Source: Candidatus Electronema halotolerans
GTDB lineage: Bacteria > Desulfobacterota > Desulfobulbia > Desulfobulbales > Desulfobulbaceae
Reading direction: 5' to 3'
Assembly (NCBI GenBank): GCA_942493095.1
Contig: OW818675.1
Span: 930,001-962,000 of the forward strand
Length of the DNA stretch: 32,000 nucleotides
In this document: positions 18,973 to 27,948 of the stretch, piece after piece
How positions within the stretch are numbered: position 1 is the first letter of the stretch
Layout: every line of letters starts with the position of its first letter
The notes under the pieces: generated by a model
Told to the model about the DNA's origin: nothing
Databases searched by the model: none
The model's input: the letters and a program-made list of their open reading frames with translations, nothing else
Position numbers and translations under genes: made by a program

Positions 18973-19968
18973 ATGATTTCAACCACCTTGCGCCATGACA
19001 TTTCTGCCATGACAGATTCAAGCGTCACCCCTCTCGATTTCAGCGGCCTCAACACCTATTCCCTGCACGACCGTCCTGCCAAAGTGACTGTGACCGACTT
19101 TGCCCAGCCGGTCCGGCCCGGCATGACCGTGCAGGAGCTGATTGCCGCTCTGCCCAAGCAGCTGGCAGGCAATGATTTTCCAGAGCTGGTGGAGCGGATT
19201 GCAACGGCAGTGCAAAACAAGCGGCCTGTTTTGGTCGGCATGGGCGCGCACGTCATCAAGGTCGGTTTGGCCCCGATCTTGATTGATTTGATGGAGCACG
19301 GCATCATTTCCGCCATTGCCATGAACGGGGCAGGCATTATTCATGATGCGGAAATTGCGATGGTGGGCCGCACTTCTGAGGACGTGGCTGACGTGCTTGG
19401 GAGCGGAGCTTTTGGCGCGGCGCGGGAAACCGGCGTGGTTTTGAACGAGGCCATCAATCGTGGCGCGGCAGAGGGCATTGGTCTGGGCGCGGCAGTGGGC
19501 AATCAGCTCCTCCGGCACAATTTTCGCTTCAATGACCACAGTCTGGTGGCACGGGCACGGCGGCTGCATATTCCCGTGACCGTGCATGTGGCAATGGGCA
19601 CGGACATCATTCATATTCATCCTGATGCGAACGGCGCGGCCATTGGTCAGTGCAGTCATCATGATTTCCGGGTCTTCTGCCGTTTGGTCAGCGGACTGGA
19701 AGGCGGGGTGTATCTCAATATTGGCTCGGCAGTGCTGCTGCCAGAGGTTTTTCTCAAGGCCTTGACTGTGGTGCGCAATCTGGGTTATGAGGTGAAGCAG
19801 TTCACCACCGCGAATTTTGATTTCATCCGCGCCTATCGGCCCAGTACCAATGTGGTGCAGCGGCCCACGCTGGAGGGCGGCAAGGGGTTTAATTTCACTG
19901 GGCATCATGAGCTGATGATTCCGCTGCTGGCTGCTGCGGTTTTGGATAAATTGGCAGGTCCTGAATAA
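18973..19968 (+). CDS. Conserved protein of unknown function (possibly deoxyhypusine synthase-fold)
   Basis: Coherent 331-aa ORF with conserved-looking motifs VLVGMGAHVIKVGLAPILIDLMEHGIISAIAMNGAGIIHD, IGLGAAVG, VHVAMGTDIIHIHPDANGAAIG, NIGSAVLLPEVFLKAL. Family name uncertain. Confidence 0.8.
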   Translation: MISTTLRHDISAMTDSSVTPLDFSGLNTYSLHDRPAKVTVTDFAQPVRPGMTVQELIAALPKQLAGNDFPELVERIATAVQNKRPVLVGMGAHVIKVGLAPILIDLMEHGIISAIAMNGAGIIHDAEIAMVGRTSEDVADVLGSGAFGAARETGVVLNEAINRGAAEGIGLGAAVGNQLLRHNFRFNDHSLVARARRLHIPVTVHVAMGTDIIHIHPDANGAAIGQCSHHDFRVFCRLVSGLEGGVYLNIGSAVLLPEVFLKALTVVRNLGYEVKQFTTANFDFIRAYRPSTNVVQRPTLEGGKGFNFTGHHELMIPLLAAAVLDKLAGPE

Positions 19969-20118
19969 TATTGTGCATACAGGCTGATACGAAACGGAAC
20001 GTCTGTACGGCTGCATTCTTCATCTGGATATCAGAGAAGGCAGAATATGGATACAGTACGGCAGCAGCTAAGTAGAATGCTGTTTTGACACTAATCTACG
20101 CAATAAAGAGAAATAAGC

Positions 20119-20802
20119 ATGTCCAAAAAAAAACAATCTCGCGGCAACTGCGTTTTCTGCGGGCGGCAGATGACAAGAGGCGGCTTGGTCAAGCATTTGG
20201 CAAGCTGCGCCGCACGCAAGGAAGCGGTGAGCAAGGCCGACCAGAAACCCGGAAAAGAGCAGACCATCTATCATCTGCAAATCCAAGACGCTTGGGCCGG
20301 TGATTTCTGGCTGCATCTGGAAATGCCCGCTTCAGAAACCTTGGATGAATTGGACAGCTACCTGCGGATAATCTGGCTCGAATGCTGCGGCCATCTCAGC
20401 CAATTTTCTTTTGACAGCCGGGGGTATGAAGAAATAGCAATGAGCAAAAAAGCAGGCTCAGTGTTCAAGCCGGGCGTTGAGCTGCTCCATGTTTATGACT
20501 TCGGCACCTCATCAGAGACAAAGATCAAAGTTGTCGGCGCACGGCAGGGCAAGGCCTTGACAAAGCATTCCATTTATCTGATGGCCCGCAATGAGCCGCC
20601 GGAGGTGAAATGCTGCAAATGCGACGAGCCTGCCGCGTGGCTGTGCATGGAATGCGCGTATGAGGAGACAGGCGCGCCTCTTCTGCTCTGCGAGAAACAT
20701 ATCAAGCCGCATGAGGATGATGAGCATTTCCTGCTGCCGTTTATCAACTCGCCAAGAACTGGACTGTGCGGCTATGACGGGCCAGGAGAGCCGCCGTATT
20801 GA
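20119..20802 (+). CDS. pRiA4b ORF-3-like domain protein with zinc-binding motifs
   Basis: N-terminal CVFCGRQMTRGGLVKHLASC; YHLQIQDAWAGDFWLHLEMPASETLDELDSYLRIIWLECCGHLSQFSF; LLHVYDFGTSSETKIKVVG; KCCKCDEPAAWLCMEC. Confidence 0.75.
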   Translation: MSKKKQSRGNCVFCGRQMTRGGLVKHLASCAARKEAVSKADQKPGKEQTIYHLQIQDAWAGDFWLHLEMPASETLDELDSYLRIIWLECCGHLSQFSFDSRGYEEIAMSKKAGSVFKPGVELLHVYDFGTSSETKIKVVGARQGKALTKHSIYLMARNEPPEVKCCKCDEPAAWLCMECAYEETGAPLLLCEKHIKPHEDDEHFLLPFINSPRTGLCGYDGPGEPPY

Positions 20803-20888
20803 GCTGCGTCCGCAGCTCCAAGGGCCGGGACGCATCAGCATTTGCTTCACCTTTCACCCTTCACCCCTTTCACCTCCTGCCGGAAACA

Positions 20889-22271
20889 ATGAATCTGTCC
20901 GCAAACATGCGCAGCCAAACAAAATATCTGCCTACAGCCCTGATCGCCGCAGGCGCGGCAGTCATGCTCTTTGCCCCTTCGCCGCTGACCAAAGCGGCAG
21001 TGCTGGCCCTGCTCTCCCTTGGCTTCTGGGCCACCGCCCTGATGCCGGAGCATATTACCGCCCTGCTCTTTTTCCTGCTGGCCCTGCTCTTTTCCGTCAC
21101 CAGCTCCGACATAGTCTTTTCCGGCTTCAGCTCCGCTGCAGTCTGGCTGGTCTTTGGCGGTTTAATTATCGGCAGCGCCGTTTCAGCAACAGGTCTGGGC
21201 GCACGGACCGCCCGCGCTGCCGCGTTCTGGCTGCATGGCAGCTATCTGAAAATCATCATCGGCTTAGTGGCGGCCTCACTGCTTTTCAGCTTTTTCATGC
21301 CCTCGGCAATGGGCCGGGTGGTGCTTCTGACCCCGATTGCCCTGTCCATTGCTGATCATTTCGGCTTTCAAGAAGGGCGGAAAGGCCGCACCGGCATCCT
21401 GCTGGCTGTGATCCTTGGCACGTACATTCCCGCCTTCGGCATCCTGCCTGCCAATGTGCCCAACATGGTTTTGGCTGGCATGGCTGAGACCCAGTATCAT
21501 TTTTCCATTCTCTACGGTTCGTACCTGCTTCTCCATTTTCCGCTCCTGAGTCTGAGCAAAGCGGTGCTGATCGTCGGTTTCATTCTTTTTCTTTATCCTG
21601 ATCAGCCTGCAGCCATTGCTGATCAGAAGCAGAGCAAGGCGGAGCCATTTTCCCGCAACGAGCGGATACTGACCGCTGTGCTGTTAGTCATGCTCGTTCT
21701 GTGGATGACGGATTTCCTCCATCATATTTCTCCGGCGTGGATTGCTCTGGGCGGAGCAGTGCTGCTCCTCCTACCGGGCGTGGATATTGTCAGCACAGCC
21801 CAGTTCAACCAGAAAATCAAATGGTCTTCCATTATTTTCGTGGCCGGCATCCTTGGCTTGGGCGGCATGATCAGCAAAACCGGACTGGGCAGCGCAGCAG
21901 CATCAGGTGTCATCAAACTGCTGCCGCTGGCCAAAGAGCAGGATTTTCTCAACTACATGTCTGTCAGCATGGCCTCAGCCTTGGCAGGCATGGCCGCCAC
22001 CCTGCCTGCGGTGCCTGCGGTTTTCACCCCGCTCACGGACAGCCTTGCCCAAGTCACCGGCCTGCCAGTGCCGACCCTGCTCATGATGCAGGTGGTCGGC
22101 TTCTCCACCATCGTCTTTCCCTATCAGGCCCCACCGATTGTGGTCGGGCTGCAAATGGGCGGGGAAAAACCAATGACTGCGGCCAAGATAACCCTGCCCT
22201 TGGCCCTGATCAGCCTCTTTATCCTTCTGCCGCTCAATTATTTTTGGTGGAAAATTCTGGACTGGCTGTGA
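20889..22271 (+). CDS. SLC13/DASS-type anion permease
   Basis: Hydrophobic multi-pass protein: NMRSQTKYLPTALIAAGAAVMLFAPSP..., LMPEHITALLFFLLALLF, FGGLIIGSAVSATGLGARTA, FFMPSAMGRVVLLTPIA, VVGFSTIVFPYQAPPIVVGLQMG. Track ORF starts upstream at 20799; ATG at 20889 preferred. Confidence 0.82.
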   Translation: MNLSANMRSQTKYLPTALIAAGAAVMLFAPSPLTKAAVLALLSLGFWATALMPEHITALLFFLLALLFSVTSSDIVFSGFSSAAVWLVFGGLIIGSAVSATGLGARTARAAAFWLHGSYLKIIIGLVAASLLFSFFMPSAMGRVVLLTPIALSIADHFGFQEGRKGRTGILLAVILGTYIPAFGILPANVPNMVLAGMAETQYHFSILYGSYLLLHFPLLSLSKAVLIVGFILFLYPDQPAAIADQKQSKAEPFSRNERILTAVLLVMLVLWMTDFLHHISPAWIALGGAVLLLLPGVDIVSTAQFNQKIKWSSIIFVAGILGLGGMISKTGLGSAAASGVIKLLPLAKEQDFLNYMSVSMASALAGMAATLPAVPAVFTPLTDSLAQVTGLPVPTLLMMQVVGFSTIVFPYQAPPIVVGLQMGGEKPMTAAKITLPLALISLFILLPLNYFWWKILDWL

Positions 22272-22417
22272 ATAATATGCTATTTGTAAAACACAATGCG
22301 TCTGTTCCGCACAGTTGAAAACAGAGTGTTTTGCTGCAACAAAGGACGTGAGGAGGAGGGACAGTTGCGGGTATATGCTCATAACTGCCTGGCAATTCAA
22401 AAAGTGAGGAGTGAATT

Positions 22418-23002
22418 ATGACCAAGAAACTTACGGTGCTGCTCTCAGGCTCTGTCCTGCTGGCCGCACTGACCGCCTCGCCTGGACACAGCTGCGTGGG
22501 CCGGATACTGAATTTTTCCATTGACGGCTCGCCTGAGCAGAAGGCGGCAGGCCAGCTCATGGCCACCTATATCAACGAGCGCACCGGCACCACGGTCAAT
22601 CTGGTGGAAAATTCGCCGACTGAGGACGGCTCCTGTCCTGCTGACACAGACATCTGCATCCAGTATCTCAAGCCCGCCTTGGACGGCATGGGCAGCGAAC
22701 AGCCCCAAGATGAGCAGGAAGCCTACAGCAGGGCCAAGGAATATTATCTGGAAAACAAGCAGATGGTCTGGCTCAAGCCCTTCAGCTTCAAGGGGCCTGT
22801 CCAGCAGGCGGACAGCTCGATAGCTGTGCCGGTCTCTCCCCGCGCTTCTTTGACCAAATTTCCGGTGCTGGATCGGGTGATCAACAAACTGAGCGGCATG
22901 ATCACTGATGACGCGCTGCAAGAGATGATGAACAATCTCCAAGGCAGCAGCGACCCGGCAGTGGCGGCCAAGGAATTCCTCAAGTCCCGCAAACTGATCT
23001 GA
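22418..23002 (+). CDS. Short exported OpuAC-like (glycine betaine-type) substrate-binding domain protein
   Basis: Signal peptide then CVGRILNFSIDGSPEQKAAGQLMATYINERTGTTVNLV; C-terminal VLDRVINKLSGMITDDALQEMMNNLQGSSDPAVAAKEFLKSRKLI resembles the end of OpuAC domains. Confidence 0.55.
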   Translation: MTKKLTVLLSGSVLLAALTASPGHSCVGRILNFSIDGSPEQKAAGQLMATYINERTGTTVNLVENSPTEDGSCPADTDICIQYLKPALDGMGSEQPQDEQEAYSRAKEYYLENKQMVWLKPFSFKGPVQQADSSIAVPVSPRASLTKFPVLDRVINKLSGMITDDALQEMMNNLQGSSDPAVAAKEFLKSRKLI

Positions 23003-23012
23003 GAGAAAGACC

Positions 23013-23519
23013 ATGCTGAAAAAGCTGATCGTGGCCCTGTTCCTGCTGCTCCTTGCCGCAGGTTCCGCCGCCGCGCACGGGGATATTTCCAACCTGCCGG
23101 ATTCTGTGCAGATCATGCAGTATAAAATGCTGCTCTACATGGACCCTGATGATGCGGAGACCAAAAACAAGCTGGCCATGGTCTATTTCCGCACTGATCA
23201 GCCAGAGTTGGCTGTGCAGGAGCTGAAAGGGGTTCTGGCAAAGGATGCCCATAATTTCAACGCGCTGGATGGCATGGGCGTTCTTCTTCTCCGGCAGAGA
23301 AAAGCGGAGGAGGCTTTGCAATATCTGCAGCAAGCCCTTGCGGTCAATGACAAGGATGTCATGCTTCATGCGCATCTTTCGCTGGCCTATGAGCAGCTTG
23401 GTCAGGCTGATCAAGCCGCCGCATCGCTGAAAAAAGCGAAAGAATTGTCTTCCGGCCCGAATGGTGCTGCGGCAATCGAGAAGGAAATCAAGCTGATAAA
23501 AGGCGGTCCCGCAAAATAG
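23013..23519 (+). CDS. Exported TPR-repeat protein
   Basis: Signal peptide MLKKLIVALFLLLLAAGSAAA; TPR-like AQNFNALDGMGVLLLRQRKAEEALQYLQQALAV-type helices followed by HAHLSLAYEQLGQADQAAASLKKA. Confidence 0.8.
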   Translation: MLKKLIVALFLLLLAAGSAAAHGDISNLPDSVQIMQYKMLLYMDPDDAETKNKLAMVYFRTDQPELAVQELKGVLAKDAHNFNALDGMGVLLLRQRKAEEALQYLQQALAVNDKDVMLHAHLSLAYEQLGQADQAAASLKKAKELSSGPNGAAAIEKEIKLIKGGPAK

Positions 23520-23610
23520 CCCTTTTTTTGCCTTGGGACATGTTCGCAATTTCTTGCCGTGCCATATCGGCTGACCACCACCATCAACAGATTCGCTCCA
23601 TAATAATAAC

Positions 23611-24528
23611 ATGAAAAGAATACTGCACGTTGTCTGCATCGCTGTTCTGCTCTCGCTCCAAGCCTGCGGCGGCGACAGCGGCAACAAGGCTGTGGACAGC
23701 AATCTGCCGCCGCTCCGCTTCTGCTTCATGATCTGCGACAGCCGGGAACTGTCAACTGCCCGTTTCGCGCCCTTCACTAAGTATTTGGAAGAAAAGCTGG
23801 GCCGCAAGGTGGAGATGATCCTGAAAAACACCTTTGAGGTCGAAGATCTGGCCAAAAAAAAGGAGTTTGATTTCTTCCACGTCAATTCCGTGGTTGCAAT
23901 TTTGCTCAAGGAGCGCTACAAAGCTGATTTTCTTGGCGTGGATATTCAAGGCCGCTATGGCCACAAGGCCACCGGCACCCTGATCGCCCGCAAGGACAGC
24001 GGCATCAAAACGATGGCTGACATCAAGGGCAAGACCTTGGTTTTCGGCCCGGCCTTGGCTCCGTTCGGCTACATGGCGCAGTATTCGATGATGCTGGAAA
24101 ACGGCATTGACCCGGAGACAGACCTGCTCCGCTACGACATTCCGCCGGGTGCGCTCAAGCATGACAAGATCATGTATGGTGTTGATTTCGGCAAATACGA
24201 CGTGGGTGCCGCGCCGCGCATTGATCTTGACCGCATGGTTGCAGGCGACATCATCAACTTGGACGACTACAACATCATTGCCGAGAGCGAGCAGATGCCC
24301 TATTGCACGGTCGGCGCGCTGCCTCATGTTGATCCTGAGCTGAAAAACAAGGTCAAAGACCTGATCCTCAACCTGAAAAAAGACGAGACCGCTTTAGTTG
24401 ATGGCGAAGTGCTGAAAGTCCTCAAGCGGATGGGTTTGGACGGTTTTGCCCCGGCAGTGGACAGCGAGTATGACATCATCCGGGAGAAGCTCAAGCTCTG
24501 CAACATGGCTCCCTACACTAAATATTGA
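23611..24528 (+). CDS. PhnD-like substrate-binding lipoprotein
   Basis: Lipobox LQACGGDSG; RFAPFTKYLEEKLGRKVEMIL, LVFGPALAPFGYMAQYSMMLENGIDPETDL, DKIMYGVDFGKYDVGAA. Confidence 0.82.
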   Translation: MKRILHVVCIAVLLSLQACGGDSGNKAVDSNLPPLRFCFMICDSRELSTARFAPFTKYLEEKLGRKVEMILKNTFEVEDLAKKKEFDFFHVNSVVAILLKERYKADFLGVDIQGRYGHKATGTLIARKDSGIKTMADIKGKTLVFGPALAPFGYMAQYSMMLENGIDPETDLLRYDIPPGALKHDKIMYGVDFGKYDVGAAPRIDLDRMVAGDIINLDDYNIIAESEQMPYCTVGALPHVDPELKNKVKDLILNLKKDETALVDGEVLKVLKRMGLDGFAPAVDSEYDIIREKLKLCNMAPYTKY

Positions 24529-24547
24529 TTTCAAAAGAGGACTCAGC

Positions 24548-25513
24548 ATGAAACGCAGTGTTCTTTTCTTTTTTGCCGCTCTTGCGGCAGTTGCTCTGAG
24601 CTTTCATCCTGCCTTTGCCGCAGAGACGGTGGTCAATAAAGGCGTGATCGACAAGGACACGGTCTGGTCAGGCGATATTTTGATCAAGGGTGATGTGGAA
24701 GTGGCTGAAAATATCACCTTGATCATCATGCCCGGCACCACAGTCCGTTTTGCCAAGATTGAACGCTTTGGCCCGGACAAGCTGTATAACGACAAGGAGA
24801 ACCATTTTGCCCGCGCAGAGATATTTGTCAAGGGCAAGATGCTGGCTCAGGGCAGCAAGGAGAGCCAGATCACGTTCACCAGCGCGGAAAGCAGTCCCAA
24901 GCCCGGCGACTGGAGTTCGCTCAACTTCAGCGGCAGCACCGGCAATATTCTGGAGCACTGTGTGATCATGTATGGCGACACAGCCGTGCATTGCCATTCT
25001 TCACATGTTGTTGTCGCCAATAATGTCTTCAAGCACAACGGCACCGCCTTTGGCTGCAAGAATCTGAAAGACATCCCTGTGCAGACTGTGATGCCGGTTA
25101 TGTACAATCTCTTCACAGAGAATGGCGGCGGCATGATTATTGGCGGCGGTGCTGCTCCGGCAGTCTTTCATAACGAGATCACTGGCAATGAATTTTTTGG
25201 CATCTATGTCAAAAAAGGCGGCTGCTCGGATGTGCGCTTCAACAGCATCAGCAAGAACGGCAAGGGCGTGATTCTCTACGAAGCCAAGAATCTTTTTCTG
25301 CGCGACAACAACATTGCTGACAACATCGACTACAATGTCTCCATGCTGGAAGGGCAGGAGCAGGATTTGGCCTTTCCGCACAACTGGTGGGGCACAGCGG
25401 ATGAGAAGAAAATCCGCGAGAAAGTCATGGACAAAACCAGTGACAGCGGCTTGGGCAAGGCTGACTTGAGCAATTTCTACACATCTCCTGTTGCCGGAGC
25501 AGGAAATATCTGA
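24548..25513 (+). CDS. Exported right-handed parallel beta-helix repeat protein
   Basis: ATG at 24548 (MKRSVLFFFAALAAVALSFHPAFA); LTFTSAESS-type and VVANNVFKHNGTAFGCKN... NLFTENGGGMIIGGGAAPAVFHNEITGNEFFGIYVKKGG...NLFLRDNNIADN; typical LxxNxxxxNGxGI repeats. Confidence 0.82.
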   Translation: MKRSVLFFFAALAAVALSFHPAFAAETVVNKGVIDKDTVWSGDILIKGDVEVAENITLIIMPGTTVRFAKIERFGPDKLYNDKENHFARAEIFVKGKMLAQGSKESQITFTSAESSPKPGDWSSLNFSGSTGNILEHCVIMYGDTAVHCHSSHVVVANNVFKHNGTAFGCKNLKDIPVQTVMPVMYNLFTENGGGMIIGGGAAPAVFHNEITGNEFFGIYVKKGGCSDVRFNSISKNGKGVILYEAKNLFLRDNNIADNIDYNVSMLEGQEQDLAFPHNWWGTADEKKIREKVMDKTSDSGLGKADLSNFYTSPVAGAGNI

Positions 25514-25518
25514 TAGAC

Positions 25519-26085
25519 TTGCCAACCATGTTGCTTGCTCAGAAACTGTCCGGCAATATTCTGGACATATTGACAAAAGCCGCCTTGGCAGTGCTGACCG
25601 CAGTCATGCTGGTCATGCTGGTTCAGCACGAGCTTGCCGCCCGCAATTCGGCAACTGTGCTGGACAGCAGAGAGCAGGAGCTGCACAAGATTCAGCAGCG
25701 CATGGAATTGGACAGCAAAATCTTTCATGAAGTTGCGGTCTTCTTTGAAGAGCGGCGGTATCGGCAGGCTATGGAAAAATTGAAAGAAGTGCAGACCATG
25801 CATCCCGACAGCTCCACAGCCCTGCTCTGGCAGGCCCGTCTTCAGTATGAGGAAGGCATGGTCGCGGAGTCCTTGGCTGACTATCGGCAGGCAGTGGACA
25901 GCGAGCCAGGTTTTATTGACAGAAAATCGCCGCTCTTTGTCGGCAAGCGCATCAAGGAGAAGGTTGACGAGTCGCAGGAAAAACTCCAGCGGGAAATGCA
26001 GCTCAAGCCGAATGACATGTCCGTCCAAAAAGCTCTTGATGACCTTCTTTATCTGAAGCGGCGGCTGGCCGGCGGATGTGAATAA
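25519..26085 (+). CDS. Membrane-anchored TPR-like protein
   Basis: Single N-terminal TM (ILTKAALAVLTAVMLVMLVQ) then YRQAMEKLKEVQTMHPDSSTALLWQARLQYEEGMVAESLADYRQAVDSEP. Stop abuts yedE start. Confidence 0.75.
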   Translation: MPTMLLAQKLSGNILDILTKAALAVLTAVMLVMLVQHELAARNSATVLDSREQELHKIQQRMELDSKIFHEVAVFFEERRYRQAMEKLKEVQTMHPDSSTALLWQARLQYEEGMVAESLADYRQAVDSEPGFIDRKSPLFVGKRIKEKVDESQEKLQREMQLKPNDMSVQKALDDLLYLKRRLAGGCE

Positions 26086-27153
26086 ATGGCGCGTTTGAAA
26101 CTCCCTGACCTTGCCGTCAGCACCGGCATCGTTCTTGGTGCGGGGGCAGTGGTTCTGACTCTGCTCGGCAATCCGACCAATTCCGGCATTTGCATCTCCT
26201 GTTTTTTGGAGAATTTGGCTGGCTCGCTCCAGATGCACGACAGCCTGCGCATGAGTTATGTCAGGCCGGAACTGCTCGGTTTTTTGCTCGGCTCCTTTGT
26301 CACTGCCAAGAAGATGCGCCGCTTCCGGGTCACGGGCGGCTCATCGCCGCTGATCCGCTTTTTGCTCGGCTTGTTCATGATCGTCGGCTGCGGCATTTTT
26401 ATTGGCTGTCCGATCAAAATGATTTTGCGCTTGGCCGCAGGCGACCTGACCGCAATTGCCGCCCTGCTCGGCCTGATGTTTGGCATCTGGCTGGGAGGCC
26501 GCTACATCCGGGCTGGTTCCGTGTTGGATCGGGATAAGGAGCTGCCGCAAATCAACGGCTACATTTTGCCCGGCATTGGCCTGCTCTTGCTGCTTTTTGT
26601 TCTGCTCAAACCGAGCTTTATTGTCCAAGGAGCCACTGGCCCAGGGGCGCAACATGCCAATCTCTGGATTTCGTTAGCTGTTGGGCTGCTGATCGGCGGC
26701 ATGGCCCAGCGTTCTGGTCTCTGCATCACTGGCGGCCTGCGCAACTTCTTTCTTTTCAAAGAGAAAACCCTGCTCTGGGGCATTGTTGCCGCCTTTGCAT
26801 CAGCCTTTTTTGTCTCTCTGATCAGCGGTCAATTCAATCTTGGTTTTTACGATCAGCCGGGTGCGCATCCTGACAATCTGTGGACGTTTCTGGCCATGGT
26901 GCTGGTCGGTTTGGCCGCAGTGATTGTTGATGGCTGCCCGTTCCGCCAGCTCATCAAGGCGGGACAGGGTGATGTGGACGCAGGACTGACCTGCTTTGGC
27001 ATGTTGACCGGCGCGGCGTTTGTGGTAAGCTGGCAGCTCCGCAGCACTTCTGCCGGGCCGGAATTCAACGGCAAGATTGCCACGCTGGCCGGACTGATCT
27101 TCTGTCTGACTGTGGTGCTGGCGTATCGCAGGAAATCTGCGGCAGCACGGTGA
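26086..27153 (+). CDS. yedE: YedE-family (YeeE/YedE) sulfur/selenium-related transporter
   Basis: GNPTNSGICISCFLENLAGSL, GCGIFIGCPIKMILRLAAGDLTAIAALLG, LLIGGMAQRSGLCITGGLRNFFLFKE, VGLAAVIVDGCPFRQLIKAGQGDVDAG. Confidence 0.9.
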   Translation: MARLKLPDLAVSTGIVLGAGAVVLTLLGNPTNSGICISCFLENLAGSLQMHDSLRMSYVRPELLGFLLGSFVTAKKMRRFRVTGGSSPLIRFLLGLFMIVGCGIFIGCPIKMILRLAAGDLTAIAALLGLMFGIWLGGRYIRAGSVLDRDKELPQINGYILPGIGLLLLLFVLLKPSFIVQGATGPGAQHANLWISLAVGLLIGGMAQRSGLCITGGLRNFFLFKEKTLLWGIVAAFASAFFVSLISGQFNLGFYDQPGAHPDNLWTFLAMVLVGLAAVIVDGCPFRQLIKAGQGDVDAGLTCFGMLTGAAFVVSWQLRSTSAGPEFNGKIATLAGLIFCLTVVLAYRRKSAAAR

Positions 27154-27261
27154 AGTTGACTATGCGGTGGACTTCACAAATTCATCTGTTCAACACCCGC
27201 CTTTGTGATGGTGATAGCAAAAGGCGACTTCAATTCTTCACCACATTACATTGAGTAAATT

Positions 27262-27468
27262 ATGAGTACAGGTACAGTGAAGTGGTTTAATGCGGACAAA
27301 GGCTTTGGGTTTATTACTCCAGACGACGGAGGTAAAGACCTGTTTGTCCATCACTCAGAAATCAAGACTGGCGGCGGTTATGCCACGCTCAACGATGGCC
27401 AGAAGGTTGAGTTTGAAGCAGGGCAGGGTAAAAAAGGGCCATGTGCAAATAATGTCAGATCGTTGTAA
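27262..27468 (+). CDS. Cold-shock domain protein
   Basis: [65 protein letters not shown]. Confidence 0.95.
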   Translation: MSTGTVKWFNADKGFGFITPDDGGKDLFVHHSEIKTGGGYATLNDGQKVEFEAGQGKKGPCANNVRSL

Positions 27469-27563
27469 TCCGGCGGCATAAGCACATATCCGGCAATCAA
27501 GCCGAGCAGTTAATAGAGGCGCGTTTGCTGCGCACATTGCAACGCGCAGCTTTAATCTTATAC

Positions 27564-27608
27564 CGTTAAGAGTGGTGATCGTTTTGCGCCCACTCTTAAC
27601 GATTTTTT
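27564..27608 (+). terminator. Rho-independent terminator-like hairpin downstream of csp
   Basis: CGTTAAGAGTGG (27564-27575), 14-nt loop, CCACTCTTAACG (27590-27601), followed by ATTTTTT. Confidence 0.75.
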
Positions 27609-27755
27609 GCAAGCAATGAGTTATTTTTTTAGGCTCTCCGAGTTTTTCTGTGGTTGACAAAATCGGGTGGTGCCCCTGTTGAGTGTTGCTGTCTCGAAAA
27701 TTATGTGATACCGATTGGTTAGCATTACTGAGACAACTACTCCGTAAAGTGAGTT

Positions 27756-27941
27756 GTGGATTCAACTCGCAAGTGCAACTTTTTTTGGTTATCCAAAAAG
27801 CATAGGTTGGCTGGCACTTTGAATACTTCATGTAAATTTTCAATTATTTTCTCTTAGTTAGCGACAAAAGCAAAGTTGTGACACTCCCGTAACTGCCTTT
27901 TCTTGCAACCAAAAAAAGTTGCACTTGGAACTTGAATTCAC
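27756..27941. mobile_element. Candidate MITE-like element with 35-bp imperfect terminal inverted repeats
   Basis: Left arm GTGGATTCAACTCGCAAGTGCAACTTTTTTTGGTT (27756-27790); right arm AACCAAAAAAAGTTGCACTTGGAACTTGAATTCAC (27907-27941); 31/35 complementary with a perfect 21-bp inner block. No transposase and no obvious target-site duplication. Confidence 0.5.
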
Positions 27942-27948
27942 CGTTTGA

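Noticed and set aside
19018-20016. 332-aa - strand ORF
   Set aside because: Antisense of the 18973-19968 + strand gene whose motifs and codon pattern are more convincing.
22445-26238. Several - strand ORFs of 223, 309, 191 and 253 aa
   Set aside because: All lie opposite genes with signal peptides and recognisable domains on the + strand.
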